Of a stretch of 49,028 nucleotides of DNA, positions 1-13,300 are shown one piece after another. Position numbers and translations under genes: made by a program. Position 1 is the stretch's first letter. Every line of letters begins with the position of its first letter. The notes under the pieces were generated by a model. It saw only the letters and a list, made by a program, of their open reading frames with translations, was not told where the DNA came from and searched no databases. Origin of the DNA: Priapulus caudatus (lineage: Eukaryota); assembly GCF_000485595.1 (NCBI RefSeq), contig NW_014577071.1, positions 1 to 49,028 of the forward strand, given 5' to 3'.

Positions 1-438
1 CACCCCACCTGTTTCATCGTCGTGCTGCGCACCCGTTTGTAAGTTGCCGCCCCGTTTAAATATACCTCCAGCCCGATTTAGAATCTCCACCACGAATAAA
101 AGCTGTTGCCGAGGCGCGAGAATCGGATACGTCAAGATTCCATTCGAACCAGGACACGGGATCCAGCTCATGCTATTTTACCGTAACCGCAATGCACCTG
201 GCAAGACAATAACACCACAGTACAACACAGCTAAACCTGTCGCCGAACACAAACTGAACTGTACATCCGCCTCGGCTATCTTATATTATACAAAACCCCA
301 TAATACCGTCCCCTATGGGTGTGTCGGCGATTCTTACAGGTCATTAATTAGTGGTTACGGTAAAAAAAAACACAGCGCCAGCCCGGACCCCCCTAGTTTC
401 CCCCTCATCCCCTCCCGCCATGTTTCAATTTCATCCTG

Positions 439-534
439 GGGAGAACCCTGCCAGGGTATCTGTTGCCGGTAAAGACGAACCGTCACCCAGGGCAGGGTGA
501 TTACGTTCCGGCAGTACCTTGGGACATAGACCCT
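439..534. repeat. Dispersed repeat fragment, related to 2143-2317
   Basis: Shares GGGAGAACCCTGCC and TACGTTCCGGCAGTACC..GGGACATAGACCCT with 2143-2317; degenerate TTAGGG-like tract nearby at ~730-810. Confidence 0.55.
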
Positions 535-1907
535 ATAACGACCCGATCCTTGATACGACCATATGTACTTTCACTTGTAGTTGTAGCGCATCGCAAGTGC
601 AGTGGCATCGTGCCCAGTATACAGTCTTATGGCTGTAAATTAACTAAATAATCATCCATAATATTTATACATTGTTGACTCGCAGTGCGTACGGGTACGT
701 AGCCGTCGGTCGTTGAAGCCCCTTTTTGGCGTTAGGGTGTAGGATTAGGGTTACGATTAGGGTTAGGTGTTGGGTTTAGACGGTTATAAGTTAGGGTTTA
801 GGTTTAGGCGTTTACGGCGTTAAGCGGTTGCGTATCTCATCTAAAACCTCAATCGTGAATCTTATTTTCCCCAAGGCGCTATTGGTTCGAAAATATCCTT
901 GCGCCACGCCGGCCATCTTATGTCTCTGTTAAGTATGAAAGCGAATGGAGCTCACCGTAACCGTTAGCCTAAGAGCATTAAGATACACGGTACCGTAACA
1001 ACGCTCGTAGCCACTGCCGCATTTTAATTACTGAAATGGTCCAAGCGCAGGTGTACCACATAGTTTAGTTTATGCACTATGACTTGGGAGTCATAGCGAC
1101 ATCACCTATTACCAACCCAGCCCAATACTACTAATAGTAATAGTATACCTTCAACTTTCCCACTCCTTTTCATAACTGCACTTGGTTCGCCAGACACAGT
1201 CGTTCCTTTCAAAAGGGTTACTTCCATAACCCAAAGTACAGGAAAGTGGGACCGTATGACGGCGAAGACATTCTTTTCTCAACCTAAGGTACTCAACTTA
1301 TCTTACACAGGACAATTCACAGAATGTACAATGACTAAGCACATTATTTACGCGTTATCGTTTGTATAGTTGGTTAGCCGTGCGTGGGCGCTGACATGTT
1401 TCATTTGTTTGGCACGAACTCAAGGCACGGAAACGCTCGAATGGGTGTCGGAGCTCCTAAATACCGAAATGACTCATGTAGCGCTCTCTCCGTTTACCAT
1501 GCCGTGCCTCGTAATTCTCTCCCGCATCGCTTTATCTCTCTTTAATCAATTTACTTATTTTATTTCATCAAGAATTTACTATGATTTACAAACGATCCAT
1601 CAAAATGTTTTCTAAATGTACCTACGTAAACTCTCAAAATAAAGAAAAATATATTTAAATATGCAGAATTATATATCATAGATACGTAGAGAGACGTACG
1701 TAGGAGCACGTACGTATTTATGTCGCAATATATATATATATAGTAAGGCATAGCTTGAGCGACCACGTCGCGCCGGTTGCATTGCTGACTATTTTTTTAA
1801 TAGCGACGCAACATGGAAAATTGATAATCAAAGAAGGGAAAACCGGAAACGGAAACGTTGTGCACGACAATTGAAGGGCTCACAGCACGCACGCGCGCAC
1901 ACGACAC

Positions 1908-2100
1908 CTCTCTCTCTCTCCTTCATCCCTCTCAAAGCCTCTCATCTCCTCTCTCGATCTCTTTCTCCCTCTCTCTCTCTCTCTCTCTTCTCCTCATCTC
2001 TCTCTATCTCTCCCTCGTCTCTCAATCGTTCTCTCGTCTCCTCTTCTCTTCTGTCTCTCGTCATCCGCGCCCTTTATCTCTCAGTCGTTCTCTCTTCTCA
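1908..2100. repeat. (CT)n-rich low-complexity tract
   Basis: Directly visible CT/TC-rich run; explains spurious S/L-rich ORFs 1858..2202 and 1871..2143. Confidence 0.9.
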
Positions 2101-2142
2101 GTTTTCCCAAACGGGGCGCGCGCGCCCCGTTTGCGCAACGTA

Positions 2143-2317
2143 GGGAGAACCCTGCCTGGTAACTATTTGATATGGTTAGGGTTAGTGTTAGGGCAGGGTT
2201 AGGGTTAGGGAGTAGGCGAGGTACGGTCTGGCATATTAGTTAGTACCAGGGTACGTTCCGGTATACCGGACCGTACCCAGGGTACGTTCCGGCAGTACCC
2301 TGGGGGACATAGACCCT
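2143..2317. repeat. Dispersed repeat with internal TTAGGG-like tract (probable non-autonomous DNA element remnant)
   Basis: Ends match 439-534; internal GGTTAGGGTTAG..GGGTTAGGGTTAGGG and duplicated CCAGGGTACGTTCCGG. Confidence 0.5.
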
Positions 2318-2517
2318 CTCAGTGATAGTTTCGGACCCCACAAATACGTTTTCGCATATGTGCTAAACTAATCCGGGTTACTAAGCTAGGCTTGGGCCCA
2401 AATGACCTAGGCTGCACAATCCTAGTTTCGTACTCCGGCCTTCATTTTTGCCAACCATCTTGGAGTCGCGGCTAAACTAGGATTGCCCCGATTGGGCTGT
2501 CTCATCTAGACTCTAAT

Positions 2518-2818
2518 CTCTATCATATATAAATCCACGTAAACGTTGTCCAAATGCTCTTCTGCGACACGATCTCTGCACTCATGCCACTGTGCAAAAA
2601 CTCACATGTAGACAGATAGGGATCTAGACTCTAAAAGTCTAAACTCTATATTCCTATGTAGACTGCAGATATGTATCAAATTTCAGATCAAAGATAGCAG
2701 CTCTATGGATAGATCTCCTCTTTCTGTGAGTTTGTGCACAGTAGAGTGTGTGAGTTGAGATTGTGTGTTGCAGGGGCGCATTTGAACAACATTTACATGG
2801 GATTATTAGGTGATAGAG
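2518..2818. mobile_element. Degenerate MITE-like inverted repeat
   Basis: Left arm CTCTATCA..AATCCACGTAAACGTTGTCCAAATGC..ACTGTGCAAAAACTCACA is the reverse complement, with mismatches, of right arm TGTGAGTTTGTGCACAGT..GCATTTGAACAACATTTACATGGGATT..TGATAGAG. Confidence 0.6.
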
Positions 2819-3052
2819 AGTAAATAAACATTAAGACTCAGGTAGTAAATGCAATTTATGTTTATTTGAGCTATCTTTTTATTATTGAAACGACCCAAGT
2901 GCAGGCTCTGATGTGGTTAACCAGAGAACAAATTTTATTTTGTCACACTAAACCAAAATCTACTTGTAGCATATTTTACTGAATGATTTCTTGGAGCAGG
3001 CAGTGGACAAGTGGTACATACAGTTATTTTTCGCTTTTTTCTGATAACATAG

Positions 3053-3189
3053 GATTACAAGCTTGGTTTCAACGGTTCTGATAATAAAAAATGGAAGGGA
3101 GCAACTGCTACTATTTGTGAAAATCCAGGCAGTCACGTTTATGGCGTTGTATGGCAGATGGATGAAAAAGACAAAGAGTCACTTGATAG
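3053..3189 (+). CDS. GGCT: Gamma-glutamylcyclotransferase, internal exon (DYKLGFNGSDNKKWKGATATICENPGSHVYGVVWQMDEKDKESLD)
   Basis: AG at 3051-3052, GT at 3190-3191; W.G..AT....G..V.GVVW.M......LD motif typical of GGCT; ends in phase 2, matching the next exon. Confidence 0.92.
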
Positions 3190-3526
3190 GTACATTCAGT
3201 GGTGCTTTATGTTCATTAGAGGAGGCAGCTTATATTGGGGGTGGGGTAACAAATTTGTTGCAAAATAAGATGTGTTGCGATTAACAGTTTTTATGGATTT
3301 GCATACTGCACTCTATAGAATAATAATAAAAAACTAGTTATAATAATAATCATAAGTGTAATACGCTAAGGGCTGTTAAAAAGAATATTCACTTATTTGC
3401 TGATTGAGCTGCCAGTGCCCAACACTTTGCTATGCACGTTTTTTGTATATAGCTGGTCATTTTATAAGTACCTTATATGATAACTTGCCATGTGTACACA
3501 TCTGATCTCACCCAATTTTTCTCCAG

Positions 3527-3675
3527 ACAGGAAAGTGTCCCTAAAATGTATAGGCCTATCACCGTTCATGTGGAAGTGAAAGATGAGATACTAACCTGCA
3601 GAAGTTATCAGTTAACATTGCCGTGGAAGGAGGGCCAACTTCCATCTACAGTGTACAAGAATGTGATAATAAAAG
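3527..3675 (+). CDS. GGCT: Gamma-glutamylcyclotransferase, internal exon (RQESVPKMYRPITVHVEVKDEILTCRSYQLTLPWKEGQLPSTVYKNVIIKG)
   Basis: ttctccag acceptor, G|gtgag donor; LDRQE retains the Glu equivalent to the catalytic Glu of human LDEQEG; CRSY and PS..Y motifs present; phases 2/1 consistent. Confidence 0.93.
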
Positions 3676-3895
3676 GTGAGTTGGTCAGTGTGAATGATTG
3701 TAACTCAGTACATTTCTGCGAAGCGGTGCAAAATTTCGTGGTTCAACTAAACAATGATAATAACTTCTTAAAAGGGTGTAATGAGGAAAGCTTGGATTAT
3801 AGAATTAGGCTAAAGGAATCATTTGTTTTCTCATCTCACTGTCTTGGAAATGTGCATTTCATATTTTTGAAGGCTGTTTCATTCCAACTTCACAG

Positions 3896-4029
3896 GTGCG
3901 ATTCAGAGTGAACTACCCCAGGAATACATAGAGCAACTCACAAAGTTAGATGATAATGGTTTCAATGGCGATGTAGACGTTGTGGCTAAACTAAACCAGT
4001 TACATAACATACAAATTAACCACCAATAG
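3896..4029 (+). CDS. GGCT: Gamma-glutamylcyclotransferase, last coding exon (GAIQSELPQEYIEQLTKLDDNGFNGDVDVVAKLNQLHNIQINHQ*)
   Basis: ttcacag acceptor; GA....LP.EY...L....NG..G motif of the GGCT C-terminus; TAG at 4027-4029. Confidence 0.92.
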
Positions 4030-6450
4030 TTCAGGAATCTCAGGATTGTACCCCAAACAGACAAACACCCAGATGCGCGTGCATGCACGCATGCAAGCAA
4101 GCATGCACGCACGCACGCACGCACGCACACACACACTGTGTTACTGTTTTTATGTGGTTGTTATTACTATAGCTGTTATGTGGTCTGTAAAGTTACAGCT
4201 GTTATGTCATTAGCAAATAACAATTTGCATGTGATTGGTAAAATCACAGCTTCAAATTGGATTGGTAAAATTGTAGCTATCGTGTGATTTGTAAAGTTGG
4301 TTTTTTATACATGAATGGTAATAGTACATGGGTGGGAAGGAATGCAATATGGGTAGGTAGGGGCAGTAACCCTATACAATTTGCTTGTGTACCTGCATAA
4401 AAAAATCAATGAAAAGTTAGGAAATTTGTGATCTTTCTATGAAATCTGGTCTCTGTAGCAACCACTGTAATGTTTTTTTTATGCCATGTAATGCGTTGAT
4501 ATGCACAAATTTAATGAAAGCCCGAAGTTAAATTATTTCTGATGAAGAGCGTGTATTTGATTGCTATGTAATATAGTATATTCTGTATATGTATGGTATA
4601 ACAATGGTGAACAATGTGCTGCATTTATAGAAGGCAATGTATATATTCATTTTTGTGCTCTTGTTGATATTGTTATTTAGCTTATGCCATGTTTTGGAGT
4701 TTATTTAAACGTACTAGGGATGTATTTTGTTGTATTAGTGAATAGTGACATAATATCTTCCTGCCTATGTCATATATATGGGCTGTAGGGGTTCTTGGCA
4801 ATAACCGTTTCTCGGCAAACCGTGTGTCGTCAGCAAGTTTCAAACACTAACATGTTTTTCAAAAAGCATTTTTTGATACAAATTTAATGAAGGCTACATC
4901 GAAGGTGCCAGTAACCAAACGATCAACAAGACGCTAAACGATTTTTCCCCCTGTACATGGTAATTTCCATTCACGTTCTGGCTACGGCTGTAAGCCAATC
5001 ATTTACTCGTCTTTATTTTATTAATTCAAACCGAAAATCAAGTAAACACTTCCTTCACTACGCGTAGATATATTATTAAATAAATAGATTACAATAGGTT
5101 GCTGGATTTCATACCCTTATCGCGTACCAGTGAGTCTGCGTGGATGTAGATGCAAAGCACAAACGGCAGGTGATAAATCACCTTCGTTGATCTGCTGAGA
5201 AATTGGACTCGCCTTCCTGAACACCACACCCACCTGACACTCGTTCTGAACATGTCTATACAACCAATGCTTACGTAACATAGAACGCCTAACCGCGCTT
5301 TATAGATTTGGCGCTGGTAGCGTAAGGGCAGCTGGTTAAAGTTGCATACATTCTGCTGTGTAACGCAGACCCGCATTTTATAGCAAAACCTGCTTGTGTG
5401 AGCATCACGTCAATGGCTCCTATATATATCGCGATCGTTCCAACATTGCTCTCATTAAAACGCATAGTGTTTCATATGCTGTACACGATTAAATAATAGC
5501 AAATTATGCGACTGTAATATTTACCTTCTTTATTGATATTGCCGACACGTAATTTACTTTCACGGCGAAATTGTGAATGAAAACGTTTCGTATCCTTCGT
5601 GTCGGTATTGTAAACAAACTGCATGTCACAACGTCAATTCTATAATAGCACAGTATAAATAATATTTTCACTGTTTCAAGGCAGAATTTGCTCCCAAAGA
5701 TGCTCTCGCCTTTGCTAATGTTAACTCGCATATAACAGCTTGTATTGCCCGAGCACCGCTATTACTCGATAACGACAGTTTTTACAGACGAGTCGTAATT
5801 TCGCATTTGCTCTGTGCATTTACTAATTAAAATAAAATTTACAAATTTCGCGTTAGTATTTAACTACGTTTAAAGTCTCGCAGGTGGTATATATTTCTAA
5901 AGGATTATTTTCTACACATTGCTGATGAAGCGCCCAGCTACAAACCGCACCGATATATTGCGTTACACATTTCATCTGCACAGCTGGAATAAATCTGGAA
6001 GATACTGAGAAATTCACACGCTGGCTGTTAGTAGATTCATAGAAGCAGTTCCCATGTCATCTACAAATTAATTTATTCTCCTATTTTGTTAGAAATATAT
6101 AATACATATACGAAAATAGTAATAGTAATGTGAAGCTGGAACGTTTTAATCACTATGGACTTTAAATCGAAACGATTGATCATTAGCGTTTAAATCTCTT
6201 GCTTCGGTCGATGACAGTACTCCTGACTGTCTTAAATATTGCAAATAAAACCTAAGGTAAGCATTAACCAGCTCGACAGGGGTTGTAGATATCATTGCCG
6301 CAACAAAACTATAGCAGCCGTGGCTGGCCACTAAAAGAAAACGGACTAGTTCGGTTTGCCAGTGGGCACGGGACGTTGCTATGCGTATCAAATATATCTA
6401 CATGATGTGTAAACGCTATGTGCGGCAATGTATATATAGTGTAGGCGCGA

Positions 6451-6571
6451 CTACTGCGACAGTACTGCAGGCTGCGCTCCCGTCTCTACGATGCTTGCCT
6501 TGTTTCCAAACAGCTCCTTGAAGTGCGTCACGCAGAAGGGAACGCCCTCATGATTTGCATACCTCTCTAGC
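6451..6571 (-). CDS. LIM gene last exon: second zinc knuckle of LIM domain (RLERYANHEGVPFCVTHFKELFGNKASIVETGAQPAVLSQ*)
   Basis: gtggcag acceptor; 1 nt completes the AG- codon from exon 8145-8293; YA..EG..FC..HFKELF matches the EPLIN-type LIM end; TAG at 6451-6453. Confidence 0.9.
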
Positions 6572-7366
6572 CTGCCACAGCAATTCAACATCATATTAGG
6601 GATCACAGTTGAAGCAATTTATCATAGCATTTAGGAGCATCCACACAAACTACGTTACTGAGTAAATAACTGCACATTGTCTCCGGACGATAATTGAGAA
6701 TAGATGTCTTCACACGGATTCAAGTCTCGATGGTAGATTACAACGCGAATTTCGTGAACGTTATGTTTTACTTATTCTTCCTTCAACGCCGGACAGATAC
6801 TAGAACAATGCCGCAAAGTGATGGTCATCATTACAAGTTATTATTGATATTGAGAGTTAAATTCAAATTTGAAAACAGTTTAAGAATAAGAAAATACAGA
6901 ACAAAACAAATATATGCCATGAAAAATATTCTACACAGTAATAACGATTATTTAGACAGACTGGCTTATCAACACGCACAAGGAGTGCGGCTAGTGACAC
7001 TAACATGACAAACTACACAAACAACACAAACAAACAAGAAAAACTACACTGGCAAACATAAAACACATACGAGAGCAAATAATCTGGAAGGAATTATGAC
7101 ACCAAGTAGAAGAAAGGAGAAAAGAAGTCAGACCAGATGAGTCAGAAACAAATTTGGCAGTACTAAAAAGACGCTAGAAGAGGAGAAACAGCGTAGACCA
7201 CATGAAGCATGCGTGGCAGTTTTAGTGTTTTTGCGTGCCCATCTGATCGTGTAGAGCGTGTAAAACGGCCAACTTAGGACAGAGAAACCATGCATGGGAA
7301 CTCAGTACTGATATGGCGACAACCGGTTTGCTATTTGGTTACGTTCATCGTAATAGGAGATCTAAT

Positions 7367-7457
7367 ATCAAGGGTCAAGGGCTAACACTTGAGGTATCAA
7401 GGGCTAATACTTGAGGTATCAAGGGCTAATACTTGAGGTATCAAGAGCTAATACTAC
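7367..7457. repeat. 22-bp tandem repeat (ATCAAGGGCTAATACTTGAGGT, ~3.5 copies)
   Basis: Directly visible in the intron between the two LIM exons. Confidence 0.85.
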
Positions 7458-8144
7458 ATAATATCTATTATTAGCTCTTGGTAGCGTTCGCGACTGTATT
7501 ACCATGGTATTACATATATTTGGTTATAGGATCCAAACAGCTACGGGCAGAATTCGCAAGGTGGCGCCACCGACTACGCCTCTGCTACCACATATAATAT
7601 ACGAGGAAGAACTTGCAAATTTTTCTTCTTGGAAACTGGGAATGGGCTCCTAATAATACTATGCAATAAATAGCTCTTCGCAACTAGAATTGTTTGTTTG
7701 CGAATACTATATTATACCCTTCATCATTGAGAAAACCGATGTAAATCTATCAGTAATGACAGCATAGTACCGTTTTTAAATGTGAGCTACCACGAGATCA
7801 TGACATAACTCCACACGTGCCTGAAAACGTGCACAACAACCAACAATTATGTTACAAACGTTTACATAACAGGTGTATTCTCTAACCGTATCCCATGTTA
7901 ACATTCGCGTTTAACGATGCTAACATTTCGGATTATTCGATCCCTGTTGCAACAACATGCTCAACCAAGAGTTGATGCTTCAACCAGGGTACCTACTCTA
8001 ACCACTGCAATCAACCCCCATGGCTGGCACGGTATGTCAAGTATCATGCATAAACCAACCCGGTTCCGTGCTCAAACTCGACTGCATGCATAAGCGTGGG
8101 TGCATGCGCGAGACACTGCGGCATGCGAGTGAACCTGCCCGTAC

Positions 8145-8293
8145 CTCAACTGGCAGTGACAGTGCGCGCACTTAAAGCACATTTTGTGGAATACTTTGCG
8201 ATCGACCTCCATCCTCTCCATCGGATAAACGCGGTTTTCACACTCCCAGCACTTCTCTATCTCCGCCTTAGCCGCTGGCCCGCCTGTGTAGTC
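8145..8293 (-). CDS. LIM gene exon: first part of LIM domain (DYTGGPAAKAEIEKCWECENRVYPMERMEVDRKVFHKMCFKCAHCHCQL)
   Basis: ctcgtgcag acceptor (phase 0), AG|gtacgg donor (phase 2); C-x2-C-x17-H-x2-C-x2-C-x2-C with the VYPMER signature. Confidence 0.93.
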
Positions 8294-9409
8294 CTGCACG
8301 AGAACCCATCGCAACCGTTACGAGAAGCGCGTACTCGAAAAATACATACTGAATTATGTTTATTTATTCTCCTAGCTGCTAGCACCTAACTAAAGCAGCA
8401 TGGGCTACAACTAAACTAATAATAAGGAACCCCTACCACAAAACCGAAGGGAATAAAATAAAACTAAAAGGTTATGTGATTATCATTTAGTTACATTCAT
8501 CAAGGAACTATAGATTGGCATTATATCGTTTTCGACTATATAGCTATAACTCGCTTGCTCATAGCTTCTCCGCACCTCTCAATATAGCCAACTAGCACAT
8601 ACCGACAATTAACTATTCAGCTAAAGTAAAAATACATGGTAAATTTAAAAATCAAAGCACATCTTAGTAAGAACTTTCCACACACCCTGTCACACCTAAT
8701 CCAATAATCAATAATAAACCACTGATTCTTTATACCTTTACCCGTGCCCATATAATTACACATAATATATGTTCGAGTAAAAAACATCCTGCGAAAACCG
8801 ATTCCCGATTACGCAAAAATACCGGCCTTATATTTCTGTACATCCGGATTTTATTTTGTACATCGTACATCTAGTGTCTCAGTACTGACATGTGACACAT
8901 GCTTCAGCCATATATGCGTAGACGACCGGGTGTGCTAATGTCTACAGACGATCCAGCCATTCCACTTAGGGTAACACGCGTTAGGTATTTTCAAATGCTA
9001 AACTAGTTTCTAACTAGTTAGTGTAAGGGTCGTGTCCTATAATTTTTTCCCGGTCGTTTTACCAGGCATGAGTACTCGCGACTATTGAGGTCCTAAATGT
9101 ACGGTACGTGCAAACGTGAGCCACACGGAACCAGCGCGAGGACAGGAGAGAATCATATGCCATGCAGCAGCGGCCAGTGTGCTACCAGCTTCCTTAGCAC
9201 GCAGCACCATGCGGCCATGCAACCCAGAGAGCGTCAGCATCATCATCCACTTCTCCTATCGACACCGACTTGGCTTTTTCTCTACCTTTCACTCGCTCCT
9301 TCTCATTCTTCCTTCCTCCTCTATCTTCCCCCTTTATTCACTTCTTTCTCTCCGTCTCATTTTGCTTACATCCACCCCCATACATACGCGTGCGCTCTCT
9401 ATCAAACTC

Positions 9410-9476
9410 TTTCTTTCTCATTCACTCTCTCCTCTCTTTCTCTTCCTCTCTCTTCCTCTATCTCTCTCTCTCTCTC

Positions 9477-9509
<33 letters not shown>

Positions 9510-9560
9510 TTTTCTCTCTTTCTCTCTTTCTCTCTTTCTCTCTTACTGTCTTACTGTCTA
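9410..9560. repeat. (CT)n microsatellite tract
   Basis: Directly visible; source of spurious ORFs 9097..9631. Confidence 0.9.
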
Positions 9561-10356
9561 AATTTCTCTCCACATCTCTCCGGAAGCATGGTAACTGCGT
9601 GTGCAGGAATTCGTGGCCGGTAGCACACTAGTAGTTATGTGGATGGCACATGTTAGTCACGGGTATAATTCTGGTCGTGTTAAGTAGCATCACGGCACTC
9701 CAAAGCCCACACCAGCACGCAGCAGCAGCACACGGCCTACTATAACCTACACCGTGTCTGCAGTACGTGTATGCATAACCCTTACATCATGCGTGCTTCC
9801 TCTTCGGTAGAAACGATTGTCGGGAGAGGCGGGAAGAAACAAAACACAATACAGTTCAGCTAGAGGGCGCCACGGTGACATTAGGGATAGGAAGGACGAG
9901 AGAAGGGATCGCCGATATATAACACCCTCCGTCACCGTCACCAAACGTATACAGATAGATAGGTTGCAGGCAAGGTGCGTGTTAATGCCCTTCATTCACC
10001 TGCAGGTCATCGCAAGTACACAAAATGTCACATGGGTTATAATGTCTGCGAAAATGAAAACATCAAAACAACAAACGCAGGGACGACGGGTCGCGACAAT
10101 GCTGCGAACCCGTGTTGTGGTGATGCTTCATTTCGGACGTTACCGTAACCTACAAACCCACCACCAGGTGGCGAGGTGATCGGCGAGACCGCCGGATCAC
10201 TTGCGCGACACCTAAAGTTGAGAATGTACGGGAATGCGCAAGCCGAGAGAGAAACCACCACCGTAGCGATAGACACGAGCACAAACCGACACACCGAAAG
10301 TACTACAGAAGGCCCGACTACACCCAATCGTATCTGAAACGAACTTTACCACTCGT

Positions 10357-13300
10357 TCACACATAGACCTCTCCGATCGGCCTCTCCTCTTGTGTGCTCG
10401 GATTCTCCTCCTGCGTGTCCGTGACCTCGTTGACCTGGATGGTACCTGCGAGCATCGCTTCCTGTTCGGCGGACGTAGCTTCTCCCATAGAGCGAGTGTG
10501 TTCAAGTTTTGCAGGATCCTCTTCTAGCGAGCCGCATCCTGTCTCGCCTCTGTCTTCAGTGCTTGCACAGCTTCTGTTTACGATTCCCCCTGCTTGATTT
10601 CCCTCACAGACATCGTCGTGGAAAGCTTGCTCTGTTGCAATCTCCAAGCTGTCCTTAATCCGCTTTGTGACTTCATCAATTAAGCAACGCTCCATTTGTT
10701 CGGGGAGATTTTCTTCGGATCCTTCCTGCTTTCCATCGATAGAGCTGACATCTAGCTGTACTGATGCCTCACAGACAGAGCGAATAGTTATCTGTTCTGT
10801 GACCCTCTCTACAGAGATGACCTCTACCCGTTCTATGACCTTATTTGTAGAGTCAACGCCTGTCGGTTCTGCGAATTTCTCTACAGAGTCCATCGCTATC
10901 TGTTCTGGGGATTTTTCTGCAAGGCTGGCATTTATCTCATCGATGTCTTTATCAGCGGAGTTAACTGCAACCTGTTCTGTGACTTTTTCGACGGAGTGGA
11001 TTTCTACCTGCTCCGATACCTTCTCTTCATCGCTGACATCTACCTGTTTGGTGACATTTTCCACAAAGCTCTCATTTACCTTTTCTGTGAAATTATCTGT
11101 TGAGTTAACATCTCCCTGCTCCGTGATTCCCTCTGAAGAGCTAGCTTCTCCTTGTTCTGTACTCTCAACTGCAAAGTCACCACTACCTTGTTTGATAACC
11201 TCATTCGAAGAATTCAACTCTACGTGTTCATTGAGGTCATCCACATGTCTGGTGACTTCTGGTTCTGTAATTTGATCAACACTGTTGACATCTTTCTCTA
11301 CAGTACTGACCTCTTCCGGTACCTTCTCCTTATCTACAGGACTGACTTCCTGTTCTGTGACCCTCTCTCCAGGACTAACCTCTTCCTCTTCTGTGACTTT
11401 ATCTGCAGTACTGGCATGTTCCTGTTCTGTGATCTTTTCTACAGTACTGTCATCTTCCTGGTCTGTTACCTTCTCTACAGTAATTACCTCTTCCTGTTTT
11501 GTGACATTCTCTACAGTATTGACATATTCCTGTTCTATGACCTTTTCTACAGTATTGACCACTTCCTGTTCTGTGAACTCTACAGTATTGACCTCCTCCT
11601 GTTCTATGACCTTTTCTACAGTATTGACCACTTCCTGTTCTGTGACCTCTACAGTATTGACCTCCTCCTGTTCTGTGACCTTCTCTACAGTAATTACCTC
11701 TTCCTGTTTTGTGACCTTCTCTACAGTACTGTCATCTTCCTGTTCCATGACCTTTTCTACAGTATTGACTTCTTTCTGTTCTGTGACCTTCTCTACAGTA
11801 ATTACCTCTTCCTGTTTTGTGAGCTTCTCTACAGAACTGACCTCTTCCTGTTCGTTCTCTTTCTCTACAGTATTAACCTCTTCCTGTTTTGTAGCCTTCT
11901 CTACAGTAATGACCTCTTCCTGTTCTGTTACATTCTCTACAGTACTATCATCGTCCTGTTCTATGACCTTCTCTACAGTATTGACCTCTTCCTGTTCCTT
12001 CTCCTTCTCTACAGTACAGACCTCTTCCTGTTTTGTGACCTTTTCTACAGCACTGACCTCTTCTTGTTCTGTGACCGTCTCTACAGGACAAACCTCTTCT
12101 TGTTCTGTCCCCTTCTCTACAGTATTGACCTCTACAGTATTGTCTACTTCCTGTTCTGTAACCTTTTCTACGGTTATTACGACTTCCTGTTCTGTGACCT
12201 TCTCTACAGTACTAACATCTTTCTGTTCTATGACCTTCTCTACAGTACAACACTCTTCCTGTGCTGTTACTTTCTCTACAGTACTAACTGCTTCTTGTTC
12301 TGTAACCTTCTCTACAGTAATTATGTCTTCCTGTTCTGCAACCTTCTCTACAGTACAACACTCTTCCTGTTCTGCGACGCTTTCTACAGTATTGACCTCT
12401 TCCTGTTCTGTGACCTTCTCTACAGGACTAGCCTCTTCCTGTTCTGCTACCTTCTCTATAGTACTGACCTCTTCCTGTTCTGTGACCTTCTCTACAGTAT
12501 AGACTTCTTCCTGTTCCTTCTCATTCTCTGCAGTACAGACATCTTCCTGTTCTGTAAGCTTCTCGATAGTACTGACCTCTTCCTGTTCCTTTCCCTTCTC
12601 TATAGTACAGACCTCTTCCTGTTCCATGACCTTCTCTGTAGTACTAATCTCTTCCTGTTCTGTGACCTTCTCTACAGTACAGACCTCTTCCTGTTCCATG
12701 ACCTTCTCTCTAATACGGACCTCTTCCTGTTCCTTCTCCTTCTCTACAGGACTAACCTGTTCCTGTTTTGTGACCTCACCTACAGTATTAACCTCTTCCT
12801 GTTTTGTGACCTTCTCTACAGGGCTGACCATTTCCGGTTCTGTGACATTTTCTATAGTATTGACCTCTTCCTGTTCTGCGACCTTATCCACAGAACTGAT
12901 CTCTATCTGTTCTGTGACCTCAGTCACAAGGTTTGCATCTACATGACTTACAACAGTGAGACTATGACAAATTGACTCTTCTGGTGTGCCAATGTGCGAT
13001 TCCCTCTCATATACAACTGTAGAATCAGCAACATTATTGCTCTCTGCTCTTACACTGTCCATGTTTTCTCCATTGTCTCTCACAGCATCAGCTATTTCCT
13101 GGTTAGTGCGGATGAGCAGCTCTTCACCATCGACAATTCCTGCTTCCCTCGCTGCATTCCGAGAATCTCCACTGCTAGAGCGACTCTTCTTACTGATTCT
13201 TGTTCCATCTGGTGCGTGACGCCTCTTGTTATCTTTAACCCTCTTCTCATTGGTCCTACTGCTTCTGCTCTTTTTATGCTTTTGCCTCAACTTTGTCGAT

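Noticed and set aside
2345..2372. YVFAY as GGCT exon 1 (YFAYGSN)
   Set aside because: Lacks GSN and is followed by an in-frame TAA.
4783..5778. Possible ~1-kb DNA transposon with weak terminal inverted similarity
   Set aside because: Match is short and heavily mismatched, with no TSD or transposase remnant.
11300..12920. 36-nt periodic array as a CRISPR-like locus
   Set aside because: Head-to-tail units with no unique spacers, in-frame coding, eukaryotic context, no cas genes.
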